Origin: Lingula anatina
Lineage: Eukaryota; Animalia; Brachiopoda
DNA length: 64,000 nt
Direction: 5' to 3'
NCBI GenBank assembly: GCA_051362555.1
Contig: CM120641.1
Span: 2,728,001-2,792,000 of the forward strand
Each line of letters begins with the position of its first letter. Within the stretch, counting starts at the first letter, position 1. Positions 12,669 to 24,410 of this stretch are shown in pieces. The notes beneath the pieces are model-generated. The model worked only from the letters and a program-made list of their open reading frames with translations. It did no database searches and was not told the DNA's origin. Both the position numbers and the translations under genes were made by a program.

Positions 12669-13448
12669 ACTCAGGAACACTTGTGAAACAAACTATTTTC
12701 TCATAGAATAAAGATGCATGTTTATACTACTTACAAGAATGTATTTGTTTTGTGTCTTACATTTGAGCAAGGTTGGTCAATACCATTGACTGGTAACATC
12801 TGTACATGTAGGTTTTACAGATTACCTACTAATTATCGAGCAATTGTTTACAAAAAAGAAAAAAATTGGGAATAATAGTCACCAAGGCACTGGAAAAAAA
12901 AAAGACTTTTTGGAGATTTTGGTGTTTTTCATGACACCAACACAAAAGTTCAATATGTAATTGCGTTATATATCATTATATACAGAACACTATATTCTCA
13001 GAATACAGTTGTTAAGCAAAGCATAACTTGTGTTCCTTGATTCTAACAATTAAATTTATTTGAAATAATATAGATATTACTTATAACTTATAACCATACA
13101 GTTAGATAGCATCTACTTATTCCATCCATTCAATATTATACATTTACTAAATAATATAAATAATTGTTGAAAATAATAAAAGTGAAAAAATCTGATAATA
13201 CTAGATCAAGTTTGCACTTGAAAAGTGCAGTCTGAAATCAGCAAGGATCCAAAACATAAAAAAAAAAACAACAAAAGCTGAAAAAATGTTATTTCTGCCT
13301 TGTTAACTGCATAACTTTGAAGTTAAAAAAAGAGACTTTGAATCCATCCTTGTATTTCTCATTAAATGTATCTTGCAAAGAAAGATGAGCATCCATATTG
13401 AATGCTTGCCTCCTAGTTAATATCTTTAGTTGAAATGAATGAGGTCTA

Positions 13449-14655
13449 TTATTCTTTAGTTGCTTTTGTCTTTGATTTGCCCTTGGCTTTCTTTTTAAGT
13501 CCATCAATATTTGCCTTTAATACATTTGCATATGCCTGGAAATATAAAATACACATCTATCATTGGCAATTTAAACTCGGATATGTCTTATTACTTCAGT
13601 CTTATTATAAAACTTCACTGGCACCAAAAGATGAAGGTTAATGTAATTTTCCTTACCATTTGAAATTTTGTAACGTCCTTGTGTGTAACCTAAAATTTGA
13701 AAAAAAAAATATTCAATTAATACAAATAATGGCTAATTTGCACCTTAATCAAAAATGTCACCAAATCAAGCATTTTAATTATATATAAACCAGTGAATAT
13801 AACATTCATTTAACACTACCACTACATAAATTTATACAGATGTAGGTTAAATTTTAATAAAACTGCTGACATCAATGTACAGTAGTTAATTTATAATTTT
13901 ACAAGGTGGGATTCAACATAAGATATTCTTAGGTACATATTACATTTTACACAAAAATGAGAGAAAAAAATTCATCAGTTTCTTCCCATATCACATTTAT
14001 TCAATACATACTACTGTTGAAATCTTTTTATTTCCCACTGTTGCTCTGAAGAGACATTTGTAGTCAATTTCTTCAGGATGTGATGTAGATTTCTTTACTT
14101 TTGGTTTTGGTTTATTCTGACCATCATCTGAAGAAGATTTACAGTGGTGCAAAGATTAAAAATGATAAAATCCGTTGCTCTGCTAGACATCCTTGCATAT
14201 TACATTAAGCATAATCAATCCTTCTGAAAAGTAGCCATTGAAAAGCACACACTGAAACATATGTCAATTAGAGTTAAAATCAAAATACAAGTTAACTTTT
14301 TTGGAAGGCATCTCTAAAAGACAATCATGGTGAATTACAAGCACAACTTGAAATTAGTTCATACTTTGTGAGTTCTCAGGCCAATTATATTAATTTATTT
14401 GGCTAGGATTACCCCTAAAAGTTGAATCAACCTACAACTTTTAAAGACAGGTATGAATACTTACATCTCTTCATTGTAACCACCACGGATCCAGATGGTT
14501 TGGCCTTTTGATAAAGTCTCGTGAGTTCACTAAGAAACTACAAAAGAGAAAGGGAGGAAATTCGGTTACATAGCCAAATATTTTGCAAACATGCACGAAA
14601 ACAATATCAGAAAATGTCATATTTCACTTACAGCATCGTTCTCCAGTAGTACCAT
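13449..14655 (-). CDS. SRP14: Signal recognition particle 14 kDa protein, 5 coding exons, 110 aa
   Basis: Exons 14655-14632, 14537-14465, 14127-14012, 13689-13657, 13535-13449 (333 nt). Translation: MVLLENDAFLSELTRLYQKAKPSGSVVVTMKRYDGQNKPKPKVKKSTSHPEEIDYKCLFRATVGNKKISTVVTHKDVTKFQMAYANVLKANIDGLKKKAKGKSKTKATKE. Confidence 0.96.
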
Positions 14656-14865
14656 CTTGCCACCTGTGTAGTTCTTGTGTATTTTATTTTCATTTCCGGT
14701 TTTTGTAAAATGAGTTCTTATTGGCCGAGTCCTGTATGACCCTGATCCTACCCAATAATAACCGAGTTTAGAAATGTTTGCAGCACACGTGGGGACCGGC
14801 AGAAATTGAAGCATCAAAAGAGAGACTTTGTCATTTATACATGGTTATTTTATAGAAATTTTAAA
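14656..14865. promoter_or_regulatory. Very compact bidirectional promoter SRP14/SAE1
   Basis: Divergent ATGs only 210 bp apart; contains TTCCGG (ETS-like), ATTGG/CCAAT and a CACGTG E-box. Confidence 0.7.
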
Positions 14866-17800
14866 ATGGTAGAACAAAAAGAGATGAATCTAACAGAGGA
14901 TGAGGCAGCACTGTACGATCGGCAGATTCGATTGTGGGGCCTTGATGCCCAGAAAAGGTAAGCAATTATGAACAAAAAAATTGATGAAAGCACACAGATG
15001 TACCATGCAACAAAAACATTGTCAATAACAATAACAATGAACAACTTACATTGAAATTGTAACTAAATAAGTGTTACCATGAATAACAATCGCCATGCCA
15101 AACACCTATATATTTTTGTAAAGTAAAACAAATTAAACGTCCTTTTAATTAAATTGATTCATGTTTTCAGTATATTAACAAGGAATTGTTTTTGGGTTTT
15201 TATCAATACATACGGTGTGCTATGTAAAAAAAAGACAAGAAAGCTAGAGATTTTTAGATTAGTTTGACCATATTTTTTTGTAAAACTTGACAAACCATTC
15301 CCACATGAAATTAGATGTTCCACTCTTGAAGAAACAACACTGACAGATCACAGCCATTTCAAGACTACCACAACCTTAAATGTACTGATATATCATTTTT
15401 TCCTCAGTTGTTTGACATAGCTATATCAGTCATTGTTAACTTGGTTTAAAATGTTTCAGATTGAGAGCAGCTAGAGTGCTACTGATTGGCCTCCAAGGAC
15501 TGGGAGCTGAGATATCTAAGAACATTGTGTTAGCTGGGATAAAGTCACTCACACTGATGGACCATACTGTGGTAAATTGTTGTTGTTGTCTAAATTCCTT
15601 ATAAATATTTCTATGGCTAAACCAGTCATGATCAATGATTACTTTTTTATTTTGGTATTTTAAAAAGAATTACCCTATATCTTTAGTTGGTGTCATTTGA
15701 CAACATGTGCAGTGAATACATTTAATTTAGATTTAGACGCCAACTCCCATTGTGGCCTAGGTTTAACATCATGTGTTGAGCAATTCTATAGTTAAGGCGA
15801 AGAAGTTTTTCAAATTAATTTAATTTCGACATTTTTTTTATTTATCTCTAAAAATATGTGTATAGTAAAATTTGTATTTGAGTTTGTTAAAGAGTCTGAC
15901 AGATTCAGTATTGCTGCATAGACTTGTCTATAGATTTGTAGATGAATGAATGGTTTGAAAGTGGAAATGTTTAAAGACAAAATGGTATTATGACTGTTTT
16001 TATTATTATAATTACAATTACTGAATTGTCCTTTTATTTCTTTTACATTTTAAAATAAAGATCATTTTAAATGATATTTTTGCTTGTAATTATCTTTTTA
16101 TTTTCAGGTGACAGAAGAAGATGCATGTTCACAGTTTCTCATACCAAGGAGTAAAATTGGTGAAAATGTATGTTAACTATTTAAAAAGTTTTGTGGCATG
16201 ACTTCATTAAAGTAAAAGCATAATTGTGCATTATATCAATTGACATTAATGTGTGTGATACATGTGAAACTCATTTTTTCCCTTTTTTTTTAGCTTGAAA
16301 ATAACAACAGGGATATCCTTAAAATCGAAGTCTTAATATGAAGACATACTGCTAACGTTTTACCAGTACAATACCAATCATCTGATATAATCAACATCTA
16401 AATTTCCAGAGGGCCGAGGCATCTGTTGAGAGAACTGCCCTGCTTAATCCAATGGTAGAGGTGACAGCAGACTCCAGTGATATTGCTGAAAAAGATGAAA
16501 CTTTCTTTCAAAATTTTGATGTGGTTTGTGCAACCAATCTGATCAAAGACCAGCTCCTCAGGATAAACTCTATATGTCACGAAAACAAGATAAAGTTCTT
16601 CGCAGGCGATGTTTTTGGTTACCATGGTTTCATGTTTGCTGACCTGAATGAGCATGAATATGCAGAGTGAGAGTCTTCAAGTTCACATTATAAAGATGAC
16701 AGTGGGTTAGATTTCTTTAACTTGGATTTTTTTTTTTTTTTTTTTTTTGGGGGGGGGGGGGGGGGTACATTTGCAGGCAAGAGGCAATAATCCTGGTCTT
16801 GGTCTGAAAATCTTTCTGTGATTTTCGTCATCTTCTGTTGCATATATTTCATAACAGAATTCAGCCTTTTTGAAGGTGGAGAAATTCTATATCTTATGCA
16901 TCTAAGTTGAGATATTTTCAGACAATGCACTGCTTAAAGAAACCTTACAAAACATATTAATGCTTTAAGGTAAATAGTTATTAAAATATTCCTCTGAAAC
17001 TTCTAGGGAAACAATCAAGAAGAAAAAAGAAAGTGGAGAGGCTTCTGCAAAAAAAGCAAAAACGCAAGAAGAAGAAACAGTTGTTTCCAAAAAGGTAAAT
17101 ATTTACCCGCTGAGATATTTATATTGATATTTTCAACTTGTACCAGTGGATGAATCTCAGTTTGTATTACAATATGTAGAGGTTTTATATTCTAAATGGC
17201 ACCTTAGATCAGTAAACAATGAAGGGAATGGATCTATTTACGGTTAGGGCTAAATGCTAGATTACTGGAATCCCTAAAACTCCTTGCTTGAAATTCAAGT
17301 TGAATGTATTCAAAAGTTAGTTTGCATGATCATTTACTTCTGTTCTTTTTCTCCAGTCGATGTCTTTTGTAAGATTAAAAGAAGCACTGGCTGTGGATTG
17401 GAGTTCAGAAAATATGTCCAAACTACTGAGAAAAGTACCTAAGACATTCTTTATCATACAAGGTAAGATCAATACGAAGTTATTTGCATCTCTTTCGTTT
17501 GTTATGCAATTCATTCATTTATTAGTTTATTTATTTATGATTATTATTTCAGTACTTATGTCATGTTTTACAACCAGTGTTGACTATGTTTTGTGTCATT
17601 GTTTTTCAGTTTTACTCAAATTTAGAGCTCAATACAAAAGGGACCCTTCTCCAAAGTCCAAAGAAGAAGACGTTGTCAACCTGTTGAAATCAAGGGATCA
17701 AGTGCTGGAGGAACTGAAGATTAGCAAAGATTTTGTTGATGATTCTTTTGCCAGGTGAGAGTGGCAAAAAATGAAAACAAAATGAAATTGACTAAGAATT

Positions 17801-19560
17801 ATCTTTTTTTTTTCATTTTAAAGCTTTGTATTTAAGTGACAGTGATATTTATCCTGTTATGTGCAATAGTGATACTTATTTATACCTTTAAATGTATTTA
17901 TATGGTCTGTGAATAGGTTAATTTGATTTTCAAAATAATAGTGTTAGTGCTGAAAATGTTCTGTTGATTACCACCTTGTTTTCAATAGAATGCTACCTTA
18001 AAACAGAAGAATCCAACCAATCAAAACGTGAATTAATTGAAAAGTTATAAATGTTTTCTTTTAAAGAAAGAGCAAATTGCTCACCTTGCTATTTTTAAGA
18101 AAATAAACATGTCAGTATTTTTCTGTTGTTTAGCTACTGTTTTGCTGAACTCAGTCCAGTTTGTGCAATTGTTGGAGGAGTCTTTGGGCAGGAAATCATA
18201 AAGGTAATTTTTTTTTGGAAGGTATATAATAAGAATTCTAGAAGATAAAATGCATTTCTCAATTATCACCAAATTAGTTACTGATTTAGAGGCACATAAT
18301 TTTGTTTTAAAAGATGATCATAATATTTTTCAAAAAAAGAAAAAAGTAATAATAAATGGTTAATCAACCAGCTGTTGCAGCACATTTTTAAAAAGAATGT
18401 GATTTTTTAAATTCAATTATGTTGCCTTAACTGCTTAAAGGCTTGCATTTCAAGGCAAAATTTGCTTCATTGTCAGTCTTTCTACATTGGTGCACATGAG
18501 AGAGAGACAGTGAGAGAGTTTTTCTAGAAGTTCAGATGTCATCCATCTCATATCTTATGGCTTTTTCTGAGGTGTGGCTGAGACACAGTTTGCTTTATCA
18601 CAAAAGAAATGTCACGGTCCGTGTAACACAGGCATAAGGATATGTTGCTAATGGCTTGCTGCCTCAGAGACATAAGAAAGAATAATAGACCAGTTCCTGA
18701 TGCAATGTCTGGCTTGAGGTCCTTTGAAATGAGTTCATTTTCTGGGAAATCAATTTCTCTTAAAACATTGTACAAATATTTGTCTTGACTCTTAGTCCCT
18801 GAGGCTATTTGCCATGGAAAGTGATATGTTTCAGCGTTTCAAAGATTTTTGGGAAAACAGGATTTGTGCCATGTTTTAACGTTGGATTGCCAAGATCTTG
18901 AGAAGTGGAATAAAAGGGGTTGTCATTAAATCAGTTTTGAGAGTAAATGGGCAGTGGGGAGTTTTAGTCATGTTTAGGTTAACTTTTTTCATGTATTTTC
19001 TATAGAGAAGGGAAGCCTTTCCCAGGATCATTGATTTATATTGTGACAGTTTTTGCAGATCGCCTGCAGATATGTAATCATTTCCTCGTGCAAACTTTTT
19101 TTGTCTCTCACCTTTTTCCCTGTAATTAAACAGTACATATGTATTTGCCTCTGTAACACATTGTACCCTTGACCTAGCGCTAAGCTTTTCATGGTACATC
19201 CAGATTTTGCTCTTTGGTCAAAGAAGTCGTCCATCAGATTTGCTTAAACAAAACCGTTGAAGTATAACACCATTTTATGTGCTTGTGTTCTGTAGATCTT
19301 TCAGTATTTTGATTGCTTAAGTGGTTCTATATTTACTTTTGTGTGATTCAGTAGTTTTATTCTGTACATCTTATTTGTTTTAACAGCTCCATGCCTACAC
19401 AAGCCATTTTGTGTTTTTCCCCATTCCGATGACTTGTAAAATATATCCTTTTTTATGTTTGTTTAAGGCTGTTTCACAGAAGGATGCACCACACAACAAT
19501 TTCTTTTTCTTCAATGGTCTTGATGGAAGTGGAATGGTGGACTGTATAGGCAACAGTTAA
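14866..19560 (+). CDS. SAE1: SUMO-activating enzyme subunit 1 (Aos1), 9 coding exons, 340 aa
   Basis: Exons 14866-14957, 15460-15571, 16108-16167, 16410-16666, 17007-17094, 17357-17462, 17610-17754, 18134-18203, 19468-19560 (1023 nt). Motifs EAALYDRQIRLWGLDAQKRLR, GLGAEISKNIVLAGIKSLT, FFAGDVFGYHGFMFADL, ELSPVCAIVGGVFGQEIIKAVSQKDAPHNNFFFF. Confidence 0.96.
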
Positions 19561-19584
19561 AACCTTACCTCATGGCACAGAGAC

Positions 19585-19830
19585 CATTCCCAAGAGACTG
19601 TTGTACTAACTTTGGATCAAACCATCTCTGAGGGGATTCTCGCTTAATTGCAATTAACTTCGGCGGCTTAGATGTGTGTCACGCTTGCTAAGGCTGATAA
19701 TGGGTAATTAACTATCATTTAGCAGCTTTAGTGGGCATCCCAGACGTCTAAGCCACTTGGGCTGAAAGCAATTTAGCGAGGGACCCGTGGAGATGGATCC
19801 ATCCTGTTTGATCGATCTAGGGATGGGAAC
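19585..19830. mobile_element. Foldback MITE-like element, copy 1 (SAE1 3'UTR)
   Basis: Nested inverted arms GATCAAAC/GTTTGATC, CCATCTC/GAGATGG, CTCGCTTAATTGC/GCAATTTAGCGAG, GGCTTAGATGT/ACGTCTAAGCC centred near GGGTAATTAACTAT; colinear with the element at ~39.3-39.5 kb. Confidence 0.7.
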
Positions 19831-20381
19831 CCAGTCACAGACACATGGCCTTGGCATGACACAAAGTCAACTGGACGTGATCCTTGCCAGGATGAATTGT
19901 GAGCATTGTGAACTGTGTAAGAAATGGTTTAAAATTTACCTCAAACTAAAACCATGTGTTTTAGTGATATGTTCACCTCCCTATTATATGAAAGTGAAAA
20001 TAAACTGAACATGAGCATTGTCATAAGAAGAGGTGAAGAACAGAACTGCTGTGAAACAGTAAATACTCTAGCTCTGTTTTAACTCCAAACTAGTTGGTGA
20101 AAGACTCACTGACATTACATTGAAATGTTGAAAATTTATCAGAGTTTTTTTTTTCTTTTTTTTTTTTGCAACAGTTTTGGCCTTCAAAATTATCCCAGAA
20201 TGGTACTTTTATTTTTGTATTTATTGTTATTTTGTATTTTGAAATGCTGGTATATTAGTATGCTGAACATAGCTTTTCAGGTACCAGCATATGAGGGTTT
20301 GATGGTTTTGCACTACTTTGTAGTATTCTGCTCTGCATTGTTATTATACAGAGAGTTATGTTTTGACTGACATATGTGCTT

Positions 20382-20641
20382 CAGTGGCAGATTTATAGGG
20401 GGGGGGGGGGGGGTCAGGGGTGTCTTGACCACCCCCCCTTCGATTTCTGCCCCCCTCGTAAAATTGGAATTTTGACTAGCTGAATCACAGTTCTAAACCA
20501 TACCAAATGGCACTGTTCGCCCTTCATCAGCTCTGAACCCTGTGTCAAGTGTGTGTGTGTGTGTGGTGGTGGGGGGGGGGGGGGGGAATTGGGTTGGCTC
20601 ACCCCCACCCCCCCTTTCAAATAATCCTGGATCTGCCCCTG
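20382..20641. mobile_element. MITE with CAG...CTG termini
   Basis: Termini CAGTGGCAGAT and ATCTGCCCCTG are imperfect inverted repeats; internal G/C homopolymer tracts; flanked by the direct repeat TGCTT on both sides (possible 5-bp TSD). Confidence 0.75.
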
Positions 20642-22805
20642 TGCTTATTAGAAGATATGTTTCTGTTTTTATTGGAAAATCTATTTCTCAAACAGAATGG
20701 TGTGTTGTTGTTTTTAATCATCTATTAATAAATGTTACAAGGAGGTACAAGCTTGGCAGTGACTTGAAGACACTGATTATTTGAAGTGATAATTATGACT
20801 AATATAATTCACTCCAGTGGTACCTCCAAAAGGGTGATAATTTTTGAACCAAAAATTAAGAGCAACCTGAGACAAAAGGCCTGTCAAAGGTTGGACATAA
20901 CCTCCATTATCATACCTCCTTTTGAAAAACCCTGAAAACACAACTTATATGAAACAATTTTTCTGGTTGACCAACAATTTTGAATTGTGATATCATTTTT
21001 CAAAATATCAGCACTTACCTGTTCTTGACACATGCCCAGAAATAGAAAAGATGATTCAGCAAGATAATGGCATTAAACTGTAGTTTATTGTAGTGTTGTG
21101 TTCAATAAACTGAGCACTAACAAATAAACTGACTGGTACATGTTTGTAGTCATAATTGTCTATTTCCTGATTTTTCTCTTTTTTCAAATCTTAATTTTTT
21201 AGTTAAATTTCCTAATGACATAATGGTAAAAGTGGATAAGCCTTGTACAAATATTGCCTATAGTCTAGGTAATAGACTGCACCAGTGCATCCTGATCTAA
21301 TAGTGTTTTAAGTGTGATAGGTAACACACTGTCATTTTATTAAGCAGTTCAGGTGGAAGTTGATTGAACATGTACTTTGTTGATGTTATGGCTATCTTTG
21401 CTGCCAAGTTGAAAAGCACCCTTAATTGCGCTTCAGATAAATTTTGACAAGAAAATGGGTTTTGGTGCACACTTTAAAGGTCAACTTCCACGATCTGTTG
21501 ATCATATGCTCCATTCAAAAATGTTAAAGTTACGCTAATCAGCATCACAAGACTTCCAAGTACATGTACAGGTGATCCAGTTAAGTGGATGTATTTGATA
21601 TTCTTTTATAAATTATTTGTGTAATCATCAATGAAAGCCTTCATTTGAGGAGTGCTGGGAATCAATCACAATAGCAACTGATATTCAATATGCTAGGTTT
21701 AATTTCTGTTAATCTTGGATTACATGTTCATAATTGCATAACATCCCAGTTTCTTTGAATCCCTATCACTTGGAAATGTGATATCCATGAGAATATTTCC
21801 CTTGAAGCGTCTTGCTAAGTTTTTTTTTCTCAGTGTAAATGGACATTTTTCATTGATGTTTTTCAAGTACTTTTCTAATAGTTTTATTTTAAGTTATAAG
21901 ATAAGATTTTGTCTTTTTTTTTTTTCGTCATTTACAGCCTAAATTCAGGGTAAACCTGAGGAATAACCTACTGCACCAACTTTCAAGAATTTTTTTTATA
22001 GTAAGAAATGGACATTTTGGAAATACTAAAGTTTTTTTTTTTTTTTTGCTGAACATGAATCATGCTGTTTATTTATTATTTTATTTTTTCTGTCCTAGAT
22101 TGAAATCATTTTTTTTATTCATCAAGTATTTTTATCTTTATCAGATCAACTCAATAAGTGAGCAAATTAGCACTTCCTAAGAAAAGTGGTCCATCTACAG
22201 GTGATACATCACTTATTTCGCAGTACTTACGGACCCCCACCTGTTTTATGCACCCAAGATCAAAGCGGTAGCTCTGCACGCACTAAACTGGCGGGTGAAC
22301 AAACGACTGCTTGGCCAGGGTACAAGCGGTGATACATTGTATTTTTGACAACCCGTACCAGTGCATGAATCAAAAACTACAAACGTTTTAGCCCAGCTGG
22401 TGGTAGAGTTACATAGAGTCTCCTTCTGTCCTGGCTACACTTAAATCAGCTGCTGATAGAAATCGGAAGTTTCTGGGAGCTTTTTGGAACCAGTTGTCAC
22501 ATAGAATTAATTTTGCTCTGATTTAATTGGTCAGGCAGTTTTTTGCGGGCCTCTTGGTAATGTTTCCCTGTAAACTAACCCAATCGTTAAATGTCAGATA
22601 CGTAATTTAAGGCTTCTTTAAACATAAGCATGCAGGGTGGATTGGATCCTCTTACAGAGTGTATTGTTGTGGGAATGGCTGACAAGTTTATCTGAGAAAT
22701 ACCCTTACAATTCATATACAGACAATCAGAAGGAAAAATCCTTCGTAACTATAGCTATGATTTTAGCTTGTTTTATGGTGTTTTCTTTAAGAACGCTGAT
22801 TCTGG

Positions 22806-22838
<33 letters not shown>

Positions 22839-22859
22839 AAACCTGCAAAACGTGAGAGA

Positions 22860-24410
22860 TGGAATAAAATGCCTTGGACGCTCCTCGTTAATAAGGGGAA
22901 TCCCTAATCCCATTAACTGAGAGCCAGACGGAAAAAGATCGTCCACGACAACCTATTGAATTGATCTTAATTTGTTTAAATTGGTAAAAGCGTCTCTTGA
23001 TTTTAAGTTTTTCCCCAATATAATAATTTTACAAGAATAATGCATATTCCAATAATAAAAAGGCAATTATTTATAGTGTTACAACTAATGATTGATTTTT
23101 TTATGGAGAGGTAAATAAAAATTTTAAAGGGGTTAATGAGGCCCTGACGGTCCTCAGTTAGACGCTGATCTGTGACATGCCCTTTCCCCTCAATATCTGA
23201 AACCCAGGAGAAAAAAACTTACCCGGTAATTAAGTTAATCTCAGTTTATCATGTATTGATTAAAAGTTTTATGACTTGATTCATACAATCGGATAAAAGC
23301 ATGCCGCCATCACACGCCAAAAAAAAAAAAAAAAAAAAAAATGCGGCTGCAGCCAGCTTTTTAGTTGATTCTTAGATCTTATCAAGAAGTACACAAAAAA
23401 ACATTAAAGGGGGCTAACAAGGCCCTGGACGATCTTCAATAAAGGGCGAACTGCGATCCATCCTTTCCTCAATTTCCTGTATCATCTGACTAACAGACAG
23501 AAAAAGGTGCTCCTCCCGACATTTACATACATAACCTTAGTTAATTAAGCATTGATTGAAAAGACTTAATTTTAACAATTGGCGGATTACATTTTATTGT
23601 TAAACTTATTCATATGATTGACAAAATATATAATTATACATTTGGGTGCAGATTACCATCATTTGCTTAATAAATATGTAATATCCCCCCCCCCCCCACA
23701 CTCTTATCTGTAGACCCCGAAACCGCATACAAGTTTTTAATAGTCTATTGATTGACCAATTAAGTAATGGCTTTTATCTTCAGACAGCAGTGCGCCTTTT
23801 TCAGTAAATGTGAAAGGTTAGGCGTTTGATAATTCAACCAATATTAGTCCCAAACTTTTTATCGCGAGTGGCAAAAAGTAGAAAAAGTATAAAATACCCT
23901 GCGGGTTATGTCGCTTCACGATCTAACAGACACGTACCAAGATAAAAAAAAAGCGCGTCCTTTGTTACTGCTACAATCCCATTTAATCTCGTGTAATGAA
24001 TGACAGTTTTATGACTTGATTTTTACAATCGGACTAGAAAACTGATATCCATCAAATGAGAAAGCGCAGTTCCTTTGTAATTAAATGTTATCAAGTGGCT
24101 CACAAAATATAGTTATTGTGGTCTCAAGTGACGCGATCACCAAGCATATGTCCTTTCTTTCTTATTTGCAGACACGCAGACAGAAAAACGCATCCCTGGT
24201 AAATTTCTTCGATATGGCATTTAGTGTAACCATATATACGTGCATTGATTCATCGATTCTTCTCTCGATTTTGATAAGTAGACAAAAGTACAGATCAAAA
24301 GCAGGGGTTACAAGCAGGGGCACAATTGATGATTAGATCTTATCAAGAGCAGGCGTAAGGGTATCAATGGCTGTGTCGGAACCCTGGACAATTTTCATCC
24401 AGGGGATTCT
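22860..24410 (+). repeat. Highly diverged tandem array, about 5-6 units of ~270 bp
   Basis: Recurrent blocks TTAAAGGGG..TAA..AGGCCCTG (~23124, ~23404), AGTTTTATGACTTGATT...TACAATCGGA (~23265, ~24005), TTAGATCTTATCAAGA (~23372, ~24333), CAGACAGAAAAA-like (~22925, ~23494, ~24177). Confidence 0.7.

Noticed and set aside
21008-21030. Strong minus-strand donor CAG|GTAAGTG downstream of SAE1
   Set aside because: No associated acceptor, ORF or promoter could be tied to it; isolated consensus donors occur by chance.
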